Shown: in pieces, positions 45,131 to 55,896 of the stretch | How the letters are laid out: every line of letters begins with the position of its first letter | How positions within the stretch are numbered: position 1 is the stretch's first letter | Origin: an uncultured delta proteobacterium | Lineage (GTDB): Bacteria > Desulfobacterota > Binatia > UBA9968 | DNA: 64,000 bases | NCBI GenBank assembly: GCA_963847445.1 | Contig: CAWJZV010000014.1 | Span: 224,001 to 288,000, forward strand | Reading direction: 5' to 3' | Translations under genes and position numbers: made by a program | The notes under the pieces: model-generated | Database searches by the model: none | Told to the model about the DNA's origin: nothing | What the model saw: only the letters and a program-made list of their open reading frames with translations

Positions 45131-47501
45131 TCATCCGGCGCAATTGGGATCAGGGCAACCACAGGGGGTTGCCCCTACGATCGGATGCATTTTGCGTACT
45201 GCGTTCTTTGCGGCTAACTTTCCGAATCCGAATGTCTTTCTATGCGACCTTGTGCCCTTTGTGGTCAAATCATCCGAAGATTCTTTCAGCGCCCGCAGCA
45301 CCTTCTCCGCCGTGATCGGCAGATCGTAAATCCGCACGCCCACCGCATCGTGAACCGCATTGGCGATGGCCGCCGCCGCCACCAGCACCGGCGGCTCGCC
45401 GATGCTCATGCCGCCATAGGGGCCGTTGCCGACGGGAAATTCTTGGATGACCGTTTTCAGCGGCGGGATGTCGCGGATGGAGGGAATCTTATTCTCGCCG
45501 AAGTTGGTGGTGATTACTTTGCCTTGCTCAATGACCAGCTGCTCCATCAGCGCATAACCGATCGCGGTTACGACGCCGCCGTCGATCTGCCCTTGGTGCA
45601 TCAACGGATTGATGATCGTGCCGGTGCTATGCGCGGTGGTAAAGTGTTTCACTGCCACCTGGCCGGTCTCACGGTCGACCTCGACTTCGGCAACTTGCAC
45701 GACCAGAGCGGCTTCGGGACCGTTAGCGAAATTTTTGTACGCACCTTCGCAGCGAATCGAACCGCCGAGCCGTTCGACGATGGCGCTGTAAGAGACCGGT
45801 TTGCCGCTGTGGTGCGAATCGATCCGCTGCCAGTGAAGGAAAGCGCATCGACCGGCACCCCGAGGATCTCGCTCGCGCCCTGCAACAGTTTCTCTTTGAC
45901 TTGAAGCGCCGCGACCTGCGTCGCATTGCCGAATATCCGCGTCGCCCTGCTGGCGCCGACACCGGTATCCGCGGCGGCGCCGCTGGTGTCGAGAATTTGA
46001 CAACGAACTTGCTCTACCGGCACTTGCAGCTCATTGGCGGCGATCTGCCGCATCGCCGTGTAGGTGCCCGCGCCCTGGTCGACCATGGCGGTCGACACGG
46101 TGATGACGCCACGCCCATCCACGGTCACGAACGCATGCCCTTCACCGCCCAGCGGCAGCCATTGCGCCAGCGCCAAGCCGCGGCCGACATATTTTCGTTT
46201 TGGCTTACCGTAACCCGACGCCGCCAGCGCCTGCGCCAAAGTCTCCTCGCTCTTGATATGCGGCAGCGCGTGGCCGATGGGCGAAACATCGCCGTCATGC
46301 ATGAGATTTTTCCGTCGAAATGCGATCGGGTCCATGCCCAGCCGCCGCGCCACCAGGTCCATTTGCGATTCGTTGGCGAAAAAGCCCTGCGGCTCACCCG
46401 GCGCGCGCATATGGCCGCAGGGGATTTTATTGGTGTAAACGATTTTCTCGTTGATGTGAACGTTGGGGATCTTGTACGGCCCGGCCGCTTCTTTGGGTCC
46501 GACTAAATATCCTTGCGGTTTGAACGCGCCGTAGGCGCCGCTGTCGTAGACATAATCCATGCGGTGCGCGATCAGCCGGCCGTCTTTGTTCACGCCGGTC
46601 TTCACATCGATCACCGCGGCGTGGCGCGGATTGCCGGCGATAAATTCTTCCGCATAATCCATCACCATCTTCACCGGCCGGCCGCTCTTGAGCGATAGCA
46701 AATAGCACACCGGCACGTCCATGAAGTCGCCCTTGCCGCCGAAGCAGCCGCCGATGTAACTGGGGTGCATGAGAAAATCACCCACCGGCCGGCGCAACGC
46801 CGTCGCGACTTGCTCGCGCAGGGCAAATGGCACTTTGGAACAAGCCCAGACATCGGCGCCGCCCGCGCGATGCGCTTGCACGACGCAAGAATGGGGCTCG
46901 ATGTAAGCCTGATGCATCGGTTGGGTGGTGAAAGTGTTTTCGATGATCAAGTCAGCGTCGCGGAACCCCGCTTCGACATCGCCCTTGGTCCAAGTCAAAT
47001 CGACGAAGACATTGCTCGGGGTTTTGATTTCGTGCAGCAAGCCGCGGTAGCTTTGCACGTTGGGATGCAGCACCGTCGCGCCCGGCTGCACCGCTTGCCA
47101 GCGGATCGAGGAGCGCGTTCTAGCTCTTCATAGTCAACATCGATCAATTCGGTCGCCGCCTCGGCGATCTCCTCAGTCTCCGCCGCGACCACTGCGACTT
47201 TCTCGCCGATGAAGCGCACGACCTCGTCGGGAAGAACCGGCATGTCGTAGATTTTGCGCCCGATGAGTTGGCCTTTGACATCGGCGCCGGTCACCACGCC
47301 ATGAACACCCGGCAGCGCCAGCGCTTTGCTGACATCGATTTTTTTGATTCGCCCGTAAGCGATTGGGCTGCGCAGCGCTTTCGCCCAGAGCATGTTGGGG
47401 AGGACTACGTCCGTGGCATAAATCGCCGCACCGGAAACTTTCTCGCGGCCTTCGGATCTTGGCGTCGCCACTCCAATGATCTTGCGCGGGTTCACTGCCA
47501 C
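45131..47501 (-). CDS. Xanthine dehydrogenase-family molybdopterin-binding (large) subunit (frameshifts near 47100 and 45805; tail reads through repeats, true end probably near 45265)
   Basis: KVSGAAIY, QAYIEPH, IGGCFGGK, MRAPG, DQGAG, GASRAT, NPLMHQGQIDGG and IGE motifs. Confidence 0.9.
45152..45178. repeat. GTAG-type REP hairpin
   Basis: Minus strand reads GTAGGGGCAACCCCCTGTGGTTGCCCT. Confidence 0.65.
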
Positions 47502-47507
47502 GACAAA

Positions 47508-48107
47508 CTAACCCCTTCCCTTGAATATCGCCTTGCCTTCGGTGCGCTCCAGGTAGCGGACAAACTGATACTTATTTTCCAGCAGATCGACGTTGGTTCT
47601 CTCGATCGTGCGATGACCTTGGCTCTCTGCCACCTTGGCGACGACAAATCTGAGCCCAACTTCGCCGATCGCTCCGGCTGCCTTACTCTTGAACGCAACG
47701 ACATCGCGCACGGTGACAGCGTGTGCGATTCCCGCGCTGCGCGCCATTCCCGCCAAGTCGGTCTTGCCCGCCGTCGCCGTGGGTTCGCTGATCTTGGTGC
47801 CGCTGTAAGCCTGGTTGTCGAAGACGAAGACGGCAAGATTCGCCGGATTCAGGTTCGCCACCGTCGGCAAGTTGAACAACGACAGCAGCAAGCTGCCGTC
47901 GGACTCGAGCACGATGACTTTTCGTTTCGGCAGCGCCAGCGCCAGCCCCAAACCGACGGCGAGCGCATTGCCCATCGAGCCGAGCAGCAAATTTCCCTCA
48001 TGCTTGGACAAATGTCCCCATTCAACGCGCTGTCCGCTCAGAGATGTGACCACGAGTTGATCGGTGATCAACGGAGCCAACTGTTCGAGACATTCGTAAC
48101 GCTGCAT
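47508..48107 (-). CDS. TPP-binding beta subunit, ComE-like, copy 1
   Basis: LGSMG, ESDGSLLL and FDNQAY motifs. Confidence 0.88.
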   Translation of the reverse strand: MQRYECLEQLAPLITDQLVVTSLSGQRVEWGHLSKHEGNLLLGSMGNALAVGLGLALALPKRKVIVLESDGSLLLSLFNLPTVANLNPANLAVFVFDNQAYSGTKISEPTATAGKTDLAGMARSAGIAHAVTVRDVVAFKSKAAGAIGEVGLRFVVAKVAESQGHRTIERTNVDLLENKYQFVRYLERTEGKAIFKGRG

Positions 48108-48113
48108 GGTTAG

Positions 48114-49091
48114 CTAATCTTTGGGCGTCTCGCCCATTTCTCTGAGGATTTCCCGGACAATGCTGAGATCGAACACCTCGTCCAACGACACTTCGCGTTT
48201 AAGATCGATGTTGAGCTTGGTGCTGTGAATGACTTTCTCCAAGGCATCCCGCGGCACTAGCAAGTTACGGCTGAAATTTGCCGACGACGATAGATATCCC
48301 TGTTCCGCCACCGCCAGGGATGTCCGTCCCCAACGCTGGAGTATATCGACGGCGCCCTTTTTGTCGTCGAGAATGAACCGGTTCGCTTTGAGCAGGGCGC
48401 GCAGCACGCGCTTCACTTCGCCGCGATGATTCTTCAACTTCTGCTCGTGCAGGCCGACACCATTGACGGGGAACAGGAGAATATCGCGAGTCCGCACCAA
48501 ACTTTTGAAACCGCGCGACTCGGCGATCGCGTCCGACGGCGGCGCCACCACCGCGGCGTCGACCAGTCCAGACTCCAACTGGGCCAGCCTTCCGGAACCG
48601 CCGCCTGCGGCGATGAACTGGACGTCTTTGCTGGGATTGAGCTTGAAATGTTCCACCGTCAGGCGCGCCAAGATATCCGTCGCCGAACCAAAGGAACTCA
48701 CCGCGATCTTTTTCCCTTTGAGATCGGCAAACCGGGTGATTTTCGGATTGACGACGACGACATGATTGGGCCGCTCGATCAAAATCCCCGCGACTTTGAT
48801 CGGCAATCCGCGCAGGTTTCCCGTAACCACCGATTGCAGGATCAGATTGTAATCGACGTTGCCGCCGGCCAGCGCTGCAATCGATACGTTGGCCGTGATC
48901 TGCACCAGCTCCGCATCCAAACCTTCCTCTTTGAAAAAGCCCTTGAACTTGGCCACGCCGCCGCTGAGAAACGACATGTCGGGATTGGAAACGGCAATAT
49001 TGATCTTCTGCGCCTGCGCCGAAGGGAGAAGCATCGAAAGGGAAATCATCGCAGCGGCGATCAGGCATCGCATCTTGTCCAGTTTCACCAT
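48114..49091 (-). CDS. SsuA/THI5(NMT1)-like ABC substrate-binding protein
   Basis: Signal peptide; GFFKEEGLD and DLKGKKIAVSSFGS motifs. Confidence 0.9.
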   Translation of the reverse strand: MVKLDKMRCLIAAAMISLSMLLPSAQAQKINIAVSNPDMSFLSGGVAKFKGFFKEEGLDAELVQITANVSIAALAGGNVDYNLILQSVVTGNLRGLPIKVAGILIERPNHVVVVNPKITRFADLKGKKIAVSSFGSATDILARLTVEHFKLNPSKDVQFIAAGGGSGRLAQLESGLVDAAVVAPPSDAIAESRGFKSLVRTRDILLFPVNGVGLHEQKLKNHRGEVKRVLRALLKANRFILDDKKGAVDILQRWGRTSLAVAEQGYLSSSANFSRNLLVPRDALEKVIHSTKLNIDLKREVSLDEVFDLSIVREILREMGETPKD

Positions 49092-49133
49092 TTCATCTTG
49101 CCCCTAAACTCCTTACCCTTCACCTTTTACCTC

Positions 49134-49254
49134 AATCAACCGGGCATTTCGCGATCGGGGTATGAACCCCGCTCGCGACCAAAGGGGATGTTCAACCCCC
49201 TTTGGAAACCCCAGCAATTTTGTCCCCGCAGCAAGCTGCGGGGAATATTAGATT
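49134..49254. mobile_element. 121-bp three-hairpin element, copy 2
   Basis: Near-identical to 36092-36217. Confidence 0.75.
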
Positions 49255-49759
49255 AAATCGTAAACTCACCGGTAAACAGCAGTGCCACCGGCTGCTTCAG
49301 TCCATGCATCAGCCGCACCGCGTTCTTGATATGAGTTTCAATGCCCGTGGCTTCCTTGACGATTTCGTACTGGATACCCAACGCCTCGAGTTGCGGCACC
49401 ATATGCGTGCCGTAATGCGAGTAAAGAAACGTGCCGCGTCGGTCGTCCATGCCGCCGATATAACTGATCAGCAACAGCATCGGCACGCCGTAACGCTCAC
49501 CGAGAGTGAGCAAATTGTACGACGACACGAACAGGCCGGTGCCTTCCATGTACAGCGCCGGCTGCTTGCCGCCGAGGGAAGCGCCCGCGGCGATGCCGAC
49601 GGCTTCCGCTTCGCTGGCCACCGGCACGAGCATGAACGAATTGTCCGCTTTCAAGACCGGCAGGATTTCGCTCAACCGCGTCTCAGGCAGATACGCGACG
49701 AAATCGATGCCGGCTTGCTTGAGTCCGGCGACAACTTTGTTGGCAGCTTCAGGCGTCAA
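49253..49759 (-). CDS. TPP enzyme alpha subunit, ComD-like, copy 1
   Basis: LKQAGIDFVAYLPET, SEAEAVGIAAGA and YMEGTG motifs. Confidence 0.88.
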   Translation of the reverse strand: MTPEAANKVVAGLKQAGIDFVAYLPETRLSEILPVLKADNSFMLVPVASEAEAVGIAAGASLGGKQPALYMEGTGLFVSSYNLLTLGERYGVPMLLLISYIGGMDDRRGTFLYSHYGTHMVPQLEALGIQYEIVKEATGIETHIKNAVRLMHGLKQPVALLFTGEFTI

Positions 49760-49771
49760 ATTCGCCTCGCT

Positions 49772-50671
49772 TCACTGACCAAGAATGCCATTATCGCGCA
49801 GCTCGCGCTCCAGTTTGGCGATCTCATCCTTGGGCATCTGCTCGGTTTCCCATTTGGGGAAACGCTTCACCGCGAAACCGCGCATGCGATAGACCTCTTG
49901 CAGCGGCACCCGACCCCATTTGCGCAAGCGCGCGGCGACGATGCGCGCCGCGGTATCGACTTTCTGCTGCGCTGCGACAGCGCCGGCGTAGTCCTGGCTA
50001 TCGAGTTTCTTGAATAAGTCGACGCAGATTTCCGGCGCGAAACTGGTCGGTGGGTTGATCATGCCGGCGACGCCAAACGGAACCAGGCCGAACAAATCGG
50101 CATTGCCGGTGAAGACCGCAACGTCCGGCATCAAGCGCACGTATTCGAGCAGCGCGCCTTGGCCGTAGGCGACTTTGATGCCCTGCAATGCCGGCACCTG
50201 CTCTTTCATGCGCACGGCGAAGCCCGGCGGGATCGAGATGCCGGAGTATTTCGGATTCTCGTAAATATAGATCGGCAGCGGCATCGCTTTATGCACCGCT
50301 TTGTAATGCGCCATGATTTCGAACTCGGTGTGATCGGAATAATAATACGGCGGCACGATCGCCACCGCATCGGCGCCATGCGCCGCGGCATGCTCGGCCA
50401 GCTCCACCGCGCTGCCGGCGTCGGCGGTGCCGACATGAATCACCACCGGCACGCGCGGCAAGTGTTTTTTGGCCTGATCCAACGCGATCGCCGCGGTCTG
50501 CTTGCGCTCCTCCGTGGTCATCGCCGGCCCCTGACCCGTGGAACCGAGCACGAACAGACCCTGCACTCCGGCCTTGATATGAAAATCGACCAACTGGCGC
50601 ATCATCTGCTCATCGATATGAACCTTGTCATCGAACGGCGTGATGATCGGCAATAAAACCCCACGAATCAT
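49772..50671 (-). CDS. DHDPS/NAL-family class I aldolase or lyase
   Basis: ITPF, GSTGQ, PPYY, IYENP and GIK motifs. Confidence 0.9.
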   Translation of the reverse strand: MIRGVLLPIITPFDDKVHIDEQMMRQLVDFHIKAGVQGLFVLGSTGQGPAMTTEERKQTAAIALDQAKKHLPRVPVVIHVGTADAGSAVELAEHAAAHGADAVAIVPPYYYSDHTEFEIMAHYKAVHKAMPLPIYIYENPKYSGISIPPGFAVRMKEQVPALQGIKVAYGQGALLEYVRLMPDVAVFTGNADLFGLVPFGVAGMINPPTSFAPEICVDLFKKLDSQDYAGAVAAQQKVDTAARIVAARLRKWGRVPLQEVYRMRGFAVKRFPKWETEQMPKDEIAKLERELRDNGILGQ

Positions 50672-50723
50672 GCTTTCCTCCTAGTGCAACGAGCAACTCT
50701 TTTTGAGTGTCCGGAGTCTCTTA

Positions 50724-50824
50724 CCCCCTCGCCCTCTGGGAGAGGGCTGGGGCGAGGGCAAAGGCGACCGCCGGTCGCCCCTAAAGGACGCCCTCATCCT
50801 AACCTTCTCCCTGAGGGCGAAGGA
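50724..50824. repeat. CCCTC...GAGGG REP doublet
   Basis: CCCTCGCCCTCTGGGAGAGGGCTGGGGCGAGGG followed by CCCTCATCCTAACCTTCTCCCTGAGGGCGAAGG. Confidence 0.65.
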
Positions 50825-50896
50825 ACTGGAAATCACAACTAACCACTTCAATGGCTGTTGTAGCAATGCGATTTTTTAATTTTGAATTTGAATTTT

Positions 50897-52106
50897 TTAA
50901 TTGACCTTCTGGCGCACTCCTACCGCCGTATCCAAAGGGTGAATCGTTTCTTGCGCCCGATCCTGCGCCAGCACGCCCTTCGGCAGTGCCACCTTTCATC
51001 GCCGTGGCAATCGCGTCCAACACAATCTTGCGAAACTTGATGACGCCGCGATCCGATCGTGCCGAGCTGCTCCTGACGCTCGCCCAAGCAGTCCCTGGGT
51101 GCCCTGGGTCATGATGTCTTCCTTGCGCACGTTGCCTTTGTACGGCATGTATTTGCGCTTGTCGTAGGGCTTTACTTCCTGGATCGGCGTTTCCTTGTCG
51201 CGCATCTCTTTCAATTTGTCGAAGAAATTCTCCACCGGCCCGGAGTAGTTGTCGGCGGTGAACAACATGAAGTGGTCGTCGTCGTTGGGCGTGACGAACA
51301 TCCAGTGCTCGCAGCGCGAGCCTTCGTTGATCAACGCCGCGGCGTCCATCTTGGCATGGACGAATTCGGTGTCGCCCACCTGGACGATACTCGGCAGCGC
51401 CAGACTCATCTCGTCGACGAACTCGGTTCCCGGCCGCGGCCCCGGCTTGGTCATCACCACTTTCATGCCGTAGTCCATTTCGACGAACTCGACGTCGGGC
51501 ATATCGGTATAACTGAAAAAATGATCGCCCCAGGACTGCTGGCCGTATCCGGCGTGGCGGTGCAAGCACGCAGACATGCGCCGGGTCGGCGGAGTTTTCA
51601 AAAAAATTGAACCAATTGTAATCGGCGCGGCGCACCGGCTCGACCTGGCGCTGGCCGCCGCGGTCGAGAAGCGGCGGTAGTTGCGGCAGCGGCGGCGGAT
51701 TCGTCTCGCTCCGGTCCCATGTAGGCGAAGAGCAGCCCGCCCAGCTCGCGCACCGGATAGGCGAGATGCTTGACCTTCTGCGCAGAACTTGCTGTCCTTG
51801 GGCTCCGCCGGCATCTCCAGGCACTGGCCGTGAACATCGAACAGCCAGCCATGATACGGACAGCGCAATCCGCCATCTTCGATGTCGCCATACTCCAGCG
51901 AGGTGCCGCGGTGCGGACAATGCTCTGGCCGACCAAACCGTTGGCCGTTGCTATCGCGAAACAAAACCAGACTCCTCGCCGAGCACTTCGACCGCCTGGG
52001 GAATGTCGTACAGTTCTTGCATCGTGCCGACCACCAGCCAATAGCGGCGAAACCATTCACCGCCCGGCGTCCCGGGACCGACGTGGGGAATATCGGCAAC
52101 TGTCAT
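50897..52106 (-). CDS. Rieske oxygenase alpha subunit (many frameshifts; ends approximate)
   Basis: VGPGTPGGEWFRRYW, CPH, CPYHG, ENSADPAH..LH and KED motifs. Confidence 0.85.
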
Positions 52107-52278
52107 TTTCTGTGTCTTTCTTCGCTTGGTTCACGGTTAGACTTCCATAATTCTTGCTTGTTCAAGGTTCAACGGTTCAAAAGTTCAACGGTGGAATCAC
52201 GTCGCTCTTCCGATGTCAGGCTCCGAAACGGCTTGAACGATTTGAACGTTTTGAACGGCTTGAACATACTTAGCGCGT

Positions 52279-53657
52279 TTATTTAAATCCATACTCCTTC
52301 CACTTCTGCAAAACCATTTCGCGCATGCCCTCCGTCGGCTCGGCGACTTCGCCGCGAAAGTTGTCTTTGCTCGTCAGGTCGAGCATCAGCTTCGACGTAA
52401 GCCCGTCGACTGTCGCCGACGGTTCGAGCGAGCTCGTGATGCCGCGCGGAATGACAAACATGTCCGTCGCCGGTTGGAATCGCGTCGTCAGCGCCCAGAG
52501 CACCTCGTTGGGATCTTCGATGTTGATATCTTCGTCGACGACGATGACATGCTTCCATTTGCCGCTTCGGGTGTAAAGCGAAGACGCCAGGATATTGTTC
52601 GACGATACCGCGCCGCATCAAGCGTTTTTCCAGTCTGCAAAATCAAAACGATCGACACGCCCCAGGGCGGCGCATAGGCTTTTTTTAAGGCCGGATAGGC
52701 CGGCTTCAATTCCTGGTAGGCCGCCACCGCATAGGTCAGAGCGTCGACATAGAGATGTTCATGCGGCGGCTTGCCGAGCCAGATGTTGTGATAGACCGGA
52801 TTGCGCCGATGGGTGATCGCCTTGATCGTCATGATTCTTTCGTTCGGCACCTGCGCTGTCGTGTAGCCGCAAAACTCGCCGAACGGCCCCTCGTCGCCGG
52901 TTTTCGCCGGGATCGTCAGCTCGCCTTCGAGGATGATCTCCGCCAAGGCCGGAACTTCCAGATCGATGGTCCGGCATTTCACCACATCGACCGCTTCACC
53001 GGCCAGGCCGCCGGCGATTTCCAATTCAAAGACGCCCGCGCGCGGTTCGAACTGCGAGGCGACATAGACTGCCGGCGGCACGCCGATGCAAACAGCAACT
53101 TCGAATTTCTTCTGGCCGCGCTTTTCGGCGTTCCTGATGAAGTCGTGGCCGTCGTGACCGGGCGTGAAGCGAATCGTCACTTCGTTCTTCGACACCAGCA
53201 TCATCCGGTAGATCGCCAGATTGTTGCCATACTCGGGATCGCGGATGATCACATGGCCGGCGGTGATGTACGGACCGCCGTCGCGCGGATTGTTGGTGCA
53301 GAGCGGCAGTTTGCTCAGGTCGACATCGTTTCCTTCGTAAACCACTTCCTGGCATGGGCCGCTGGCGACCAACCGGGTCGGAATCGGTTTGCTCGCCCGG
53401 CGCACGGTTTCGTCGAAGACGTTTTCCTGGGGAAAGCCCAGCGCGAGGGCGACCCGCCGGTCGCTGGCCAGCAGCTGGCCGACGACTGGAATCTTGTGGC
53501 CTTTGACGTTTTCGAACAGCAGCGCCGGACTGTTGGGCCGTTCATTGTGGATCTTGCAGATCGCGCCGAGCTCATGCTTGGCATCGACCTCGGCTTTGAT
53601 CTTCTGCAGTTCGTGCTCTTCTTCTAAGACTTTGAGAAATTCCCGTAGATCCATCAT
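52279..53657 (-). CDS. UbiD-family prFMN-dependent (de)carboxylase (frameshifts near 52590-52640)
   Basis: DLREFL, DGGPYIT, YR, EGPFGE and WALTTRFQP motifs. Confidence 0.92.
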
Positions 53658-53722
53658 GCTAGCTTTTTAACTCCCGCTGCGAATTCCGTTACGTGTCAGA
53701 CCTCATCGCTCGTGTCCTCGTT

Positions 53723-53792
53723 CGTCATGCCGTTGAAGAACGGTATCCAGGTGACGGACAGGTCCGTCATACCCGGGAAGACGGGAATCCAG
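53723..53792. repeat. Two direct copies of a GTCAT..CC..N..GG(A/T)ATCCAG palindromic repeat
   Basis: CGTCATGCCGTTGAAGAACGGTATCCAG and CGTCATACCCGGGAAGACGGGAATCCAG. Confidence 0.65.
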
Positions 53793-53815
53793 GTTCTGAA
53801 TTACTTTTCGCACGA

Positions 53816-54700
53816 TCAATCCACCAGTGACAATTTCGCTTCGAAACCTAAGACATTTTTCGCTTTCGTTACACTATACCCACTGCAATTGCCGTCCAAG
53901 CCGGCGCGCAAATCGCGGACCTGCGGCAGATAGCGGCCGATCAGCTCACGGATGGGAATATCCACCAGGCTGTTCGGCGCGGCGATATTGAAAATCTGAT
54001 GGCCGGACAGATCGGCTTCCAGCGCTACCCGGCAGGCGCGCGCGGCATCGCGCGCGTCGATGTAACTCCACAACGCGCCGGTGCCGCGCGCCAGCGGGCT
54101 TTTCTTGCGCTCGAGCAGCATCGGCCGGTGCGCTTCGGTATAGATTCCCGAAAAGCGCAGGCTCGTCACCGCGATGCCGCTCTTTTGACTCAACGCTTCG
54201 CAGAGCTTCTCGCCTACCAGTTTGGTAAGACCATAGGGATCTTGCGGCCGCAGCGGATGGGTTTCATCGACTGGCAAGTAATCCGGCAGCAGTTCGGTCG
54301 ACGGATAGTAAAATCCATAGACCGCCAGGCTCGAGCCGCAGACGATTTTCTTTACGCCGACGGCTGCGGCCGCCGTGAGAACGTTATTGGTAATCGCCAG
54401 GTTTTGATTGAAACGCTCGGCGTCGCCGGCGGGATCGGCAAAGTGCCATTTCTGCGTCGCGGCATCGAAACCAGTTTCGGTGTAGGGGAAGCGAATCCGC
54501 GCCAGATGAATCACCGCATCGGCTTTTTGGAAATGGTCGAGCAGCGAATTGAATTTGCTCAGATCGACGGTGTAAGTCGGCGCCGGGCACTCTCTCGGTT
54601 TGACGCTGTCGAGCGACGACACATGATGCGCGTGGGTGAACAACTCGCGAACGACATACTGCCCCAACCGCCCCGACCCGCCGGTGACCACTACGCGCAT
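53816..54700 (-). CDS. NAD-dependent epimerase/dehydratase (extended SDR)
   Basis: TGGSGRLG, HLA, SS..VYG and YGLTK motifs. Confidence 0.92.
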   Translation of the reverse strand: MRVVVTGGSGRLGQYVVRELFTHAHHVSSLDSVKPRECPAPTYTVDLSKFNSLLDHFQKADAVIHLARIRFPYTETGFDAATQKWHFADPAGDAERFNQNLAITNNVLTAAAAVGVKKIVCGSSLAVYGFYYPSTELLPDYLPVDETHPLRPQDPYGLTKLVGEKLCEALSQKSGIAVTSLRFSGIYTEAHRPMLLERKKSPLARGTGALWSYIDARDAARACRVALEADLSGHQIFNIAAPNSLVDIPIRELIGRYLPQVRDLRAGLDGNCSGYSVTKAKNVLGFEAKLSLVD

Positions 54701-54703
54701 ATG

Positions 54704-55661
54704 TCAGCGCCCTAACGTTTTGAACCAGCCCGACTTTGTCCAACTCTTGCAGCAGGCTGTTATCGATGAAGTCCGCCGCTTTCGCCTCGCGCGCTTCTTT
54801 GCCGGGCGTGCGCCGGAGGATCTCGTCGATGCTTTCCGGCCGCACATAGGGAATCCGGTCGCCGCTGTAGCGCACGCCGTAGGTTTGATGGAGCTGGGCC
54901 AGAGTTTCGCTGTCGGTCACCTTGGTGTACTTGGACAAGACCTTCATGCTGAATTCTTTGTCCGTGCGCAACCGCTGCAATCCCTGGGCGAAGCCGCGCA
55001 TGAAGCGCAGGCTGGTGTCGCGGTTGGCGCGCATGAAAGAACGCGTCGTCGACAGCGGCGTATTGGGGAAAACAATTTTCAACTGACCGACATCCTGCAA
55101 TTCATGCATGCCCGCATTGGCGGCGCGAAAATTACTCGGCGGGGAAAGCACCACCGCTTCAAATGCGCCTGTGGTGAGTGCCGCCAATCCTTCCGGCATG
55201 CCGCCGGTTTGTATGACCGTAAGCTGGCCGCGATCTATACCCCACTGTTTGAGCGCCGCATCCAATGCCCAGTCGGTCGAACCGCCGAGGCGAGTCACGC
55301 CGACTTTCTTGCCGCGCAATTGCGCCGGCTGTTTGATCTCGGGACGGGACATGATCGAGAACACCAGACTATTGCCGGTGTTGCCGATCAACACCAGGTC
55401 CGAACCGCGCAGCGTTGCGTTGATCACCGGCACCGACGGTCCGTAGGCAAACGGCACGTCGCCGCTGAGCATCGATTGAATCAGTAGCGTGCCGCCGCCG
55501 ATATAGAGCAGCTCGGTATCCAAGCCCTCGCGCTTGAAATAGCCGCCCTCCTGCGCCACCCACAGACTCGACATCGCGCCGCTGATGGCGCTGTAGGCGA
55601 TGCGCAGCGGCGCCGCCATAACCAGGCCGGTCCAGGCGAGCGTAACGACAAATACCAGCAT
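54704..55661 (-). CDS. SsuA/THI5-like ABC substrate-binding protein (frameshift near 54740; start uncertain)
   Basis: LRIAYSAISG, GYFKREGLD, LRGKKVGVTRLG and FIDNSLLQEL motifs. Confidence 0.88.
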
Positions 55662-55701
55662 GATTATCAGGGCGGCAAAGCGGCAACCGACACTCGGATT
55701 A

Positions 55702-55813
55702 TCTCCCGCAAAGGCGCCAAGACCGCAAAGGTCGGAGAATGACGATGAAAATCGTTCGGTATTATTTGTATTTTTATCTTTCGAACTCAGCGTCTTTGCG
55801 CCTTTGCGGGAGA
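55702..55813. repeat. MITE-like inverted repeat with perfect 16-bp arms
   Basis: TCTCCCGCAAAGGCGC ... GCGCCTTTGCGGGAGA around an AT-rich core. Confidence 0.75.
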
Positions 55814-55896
55814 GATCCGAATCCAAGCAATTCCAATACCCCAAATGCTTGCACAAGTCGCGGAAATCTTGAGCTTCGCAATGTATTACCATGATG

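Noticed and set aside
43996-49759. Coenzyme M or phosphonate biosynthesis cluster
   Set aside because: No comA/comB/comC or PEP mutase; the context is catabolic
49772-50671. dapA (lysine biosynthesis)
   Set aside because: GSTGQ variant motif and catabolic context; only a family-level call is supported
54384-55892. 502-aa SBP with long N- and C-terminal extensions
   Set aside because: The N-extension translates the 55702-55813 repeat; the C-extension results from a frameshift into the epimerase gene
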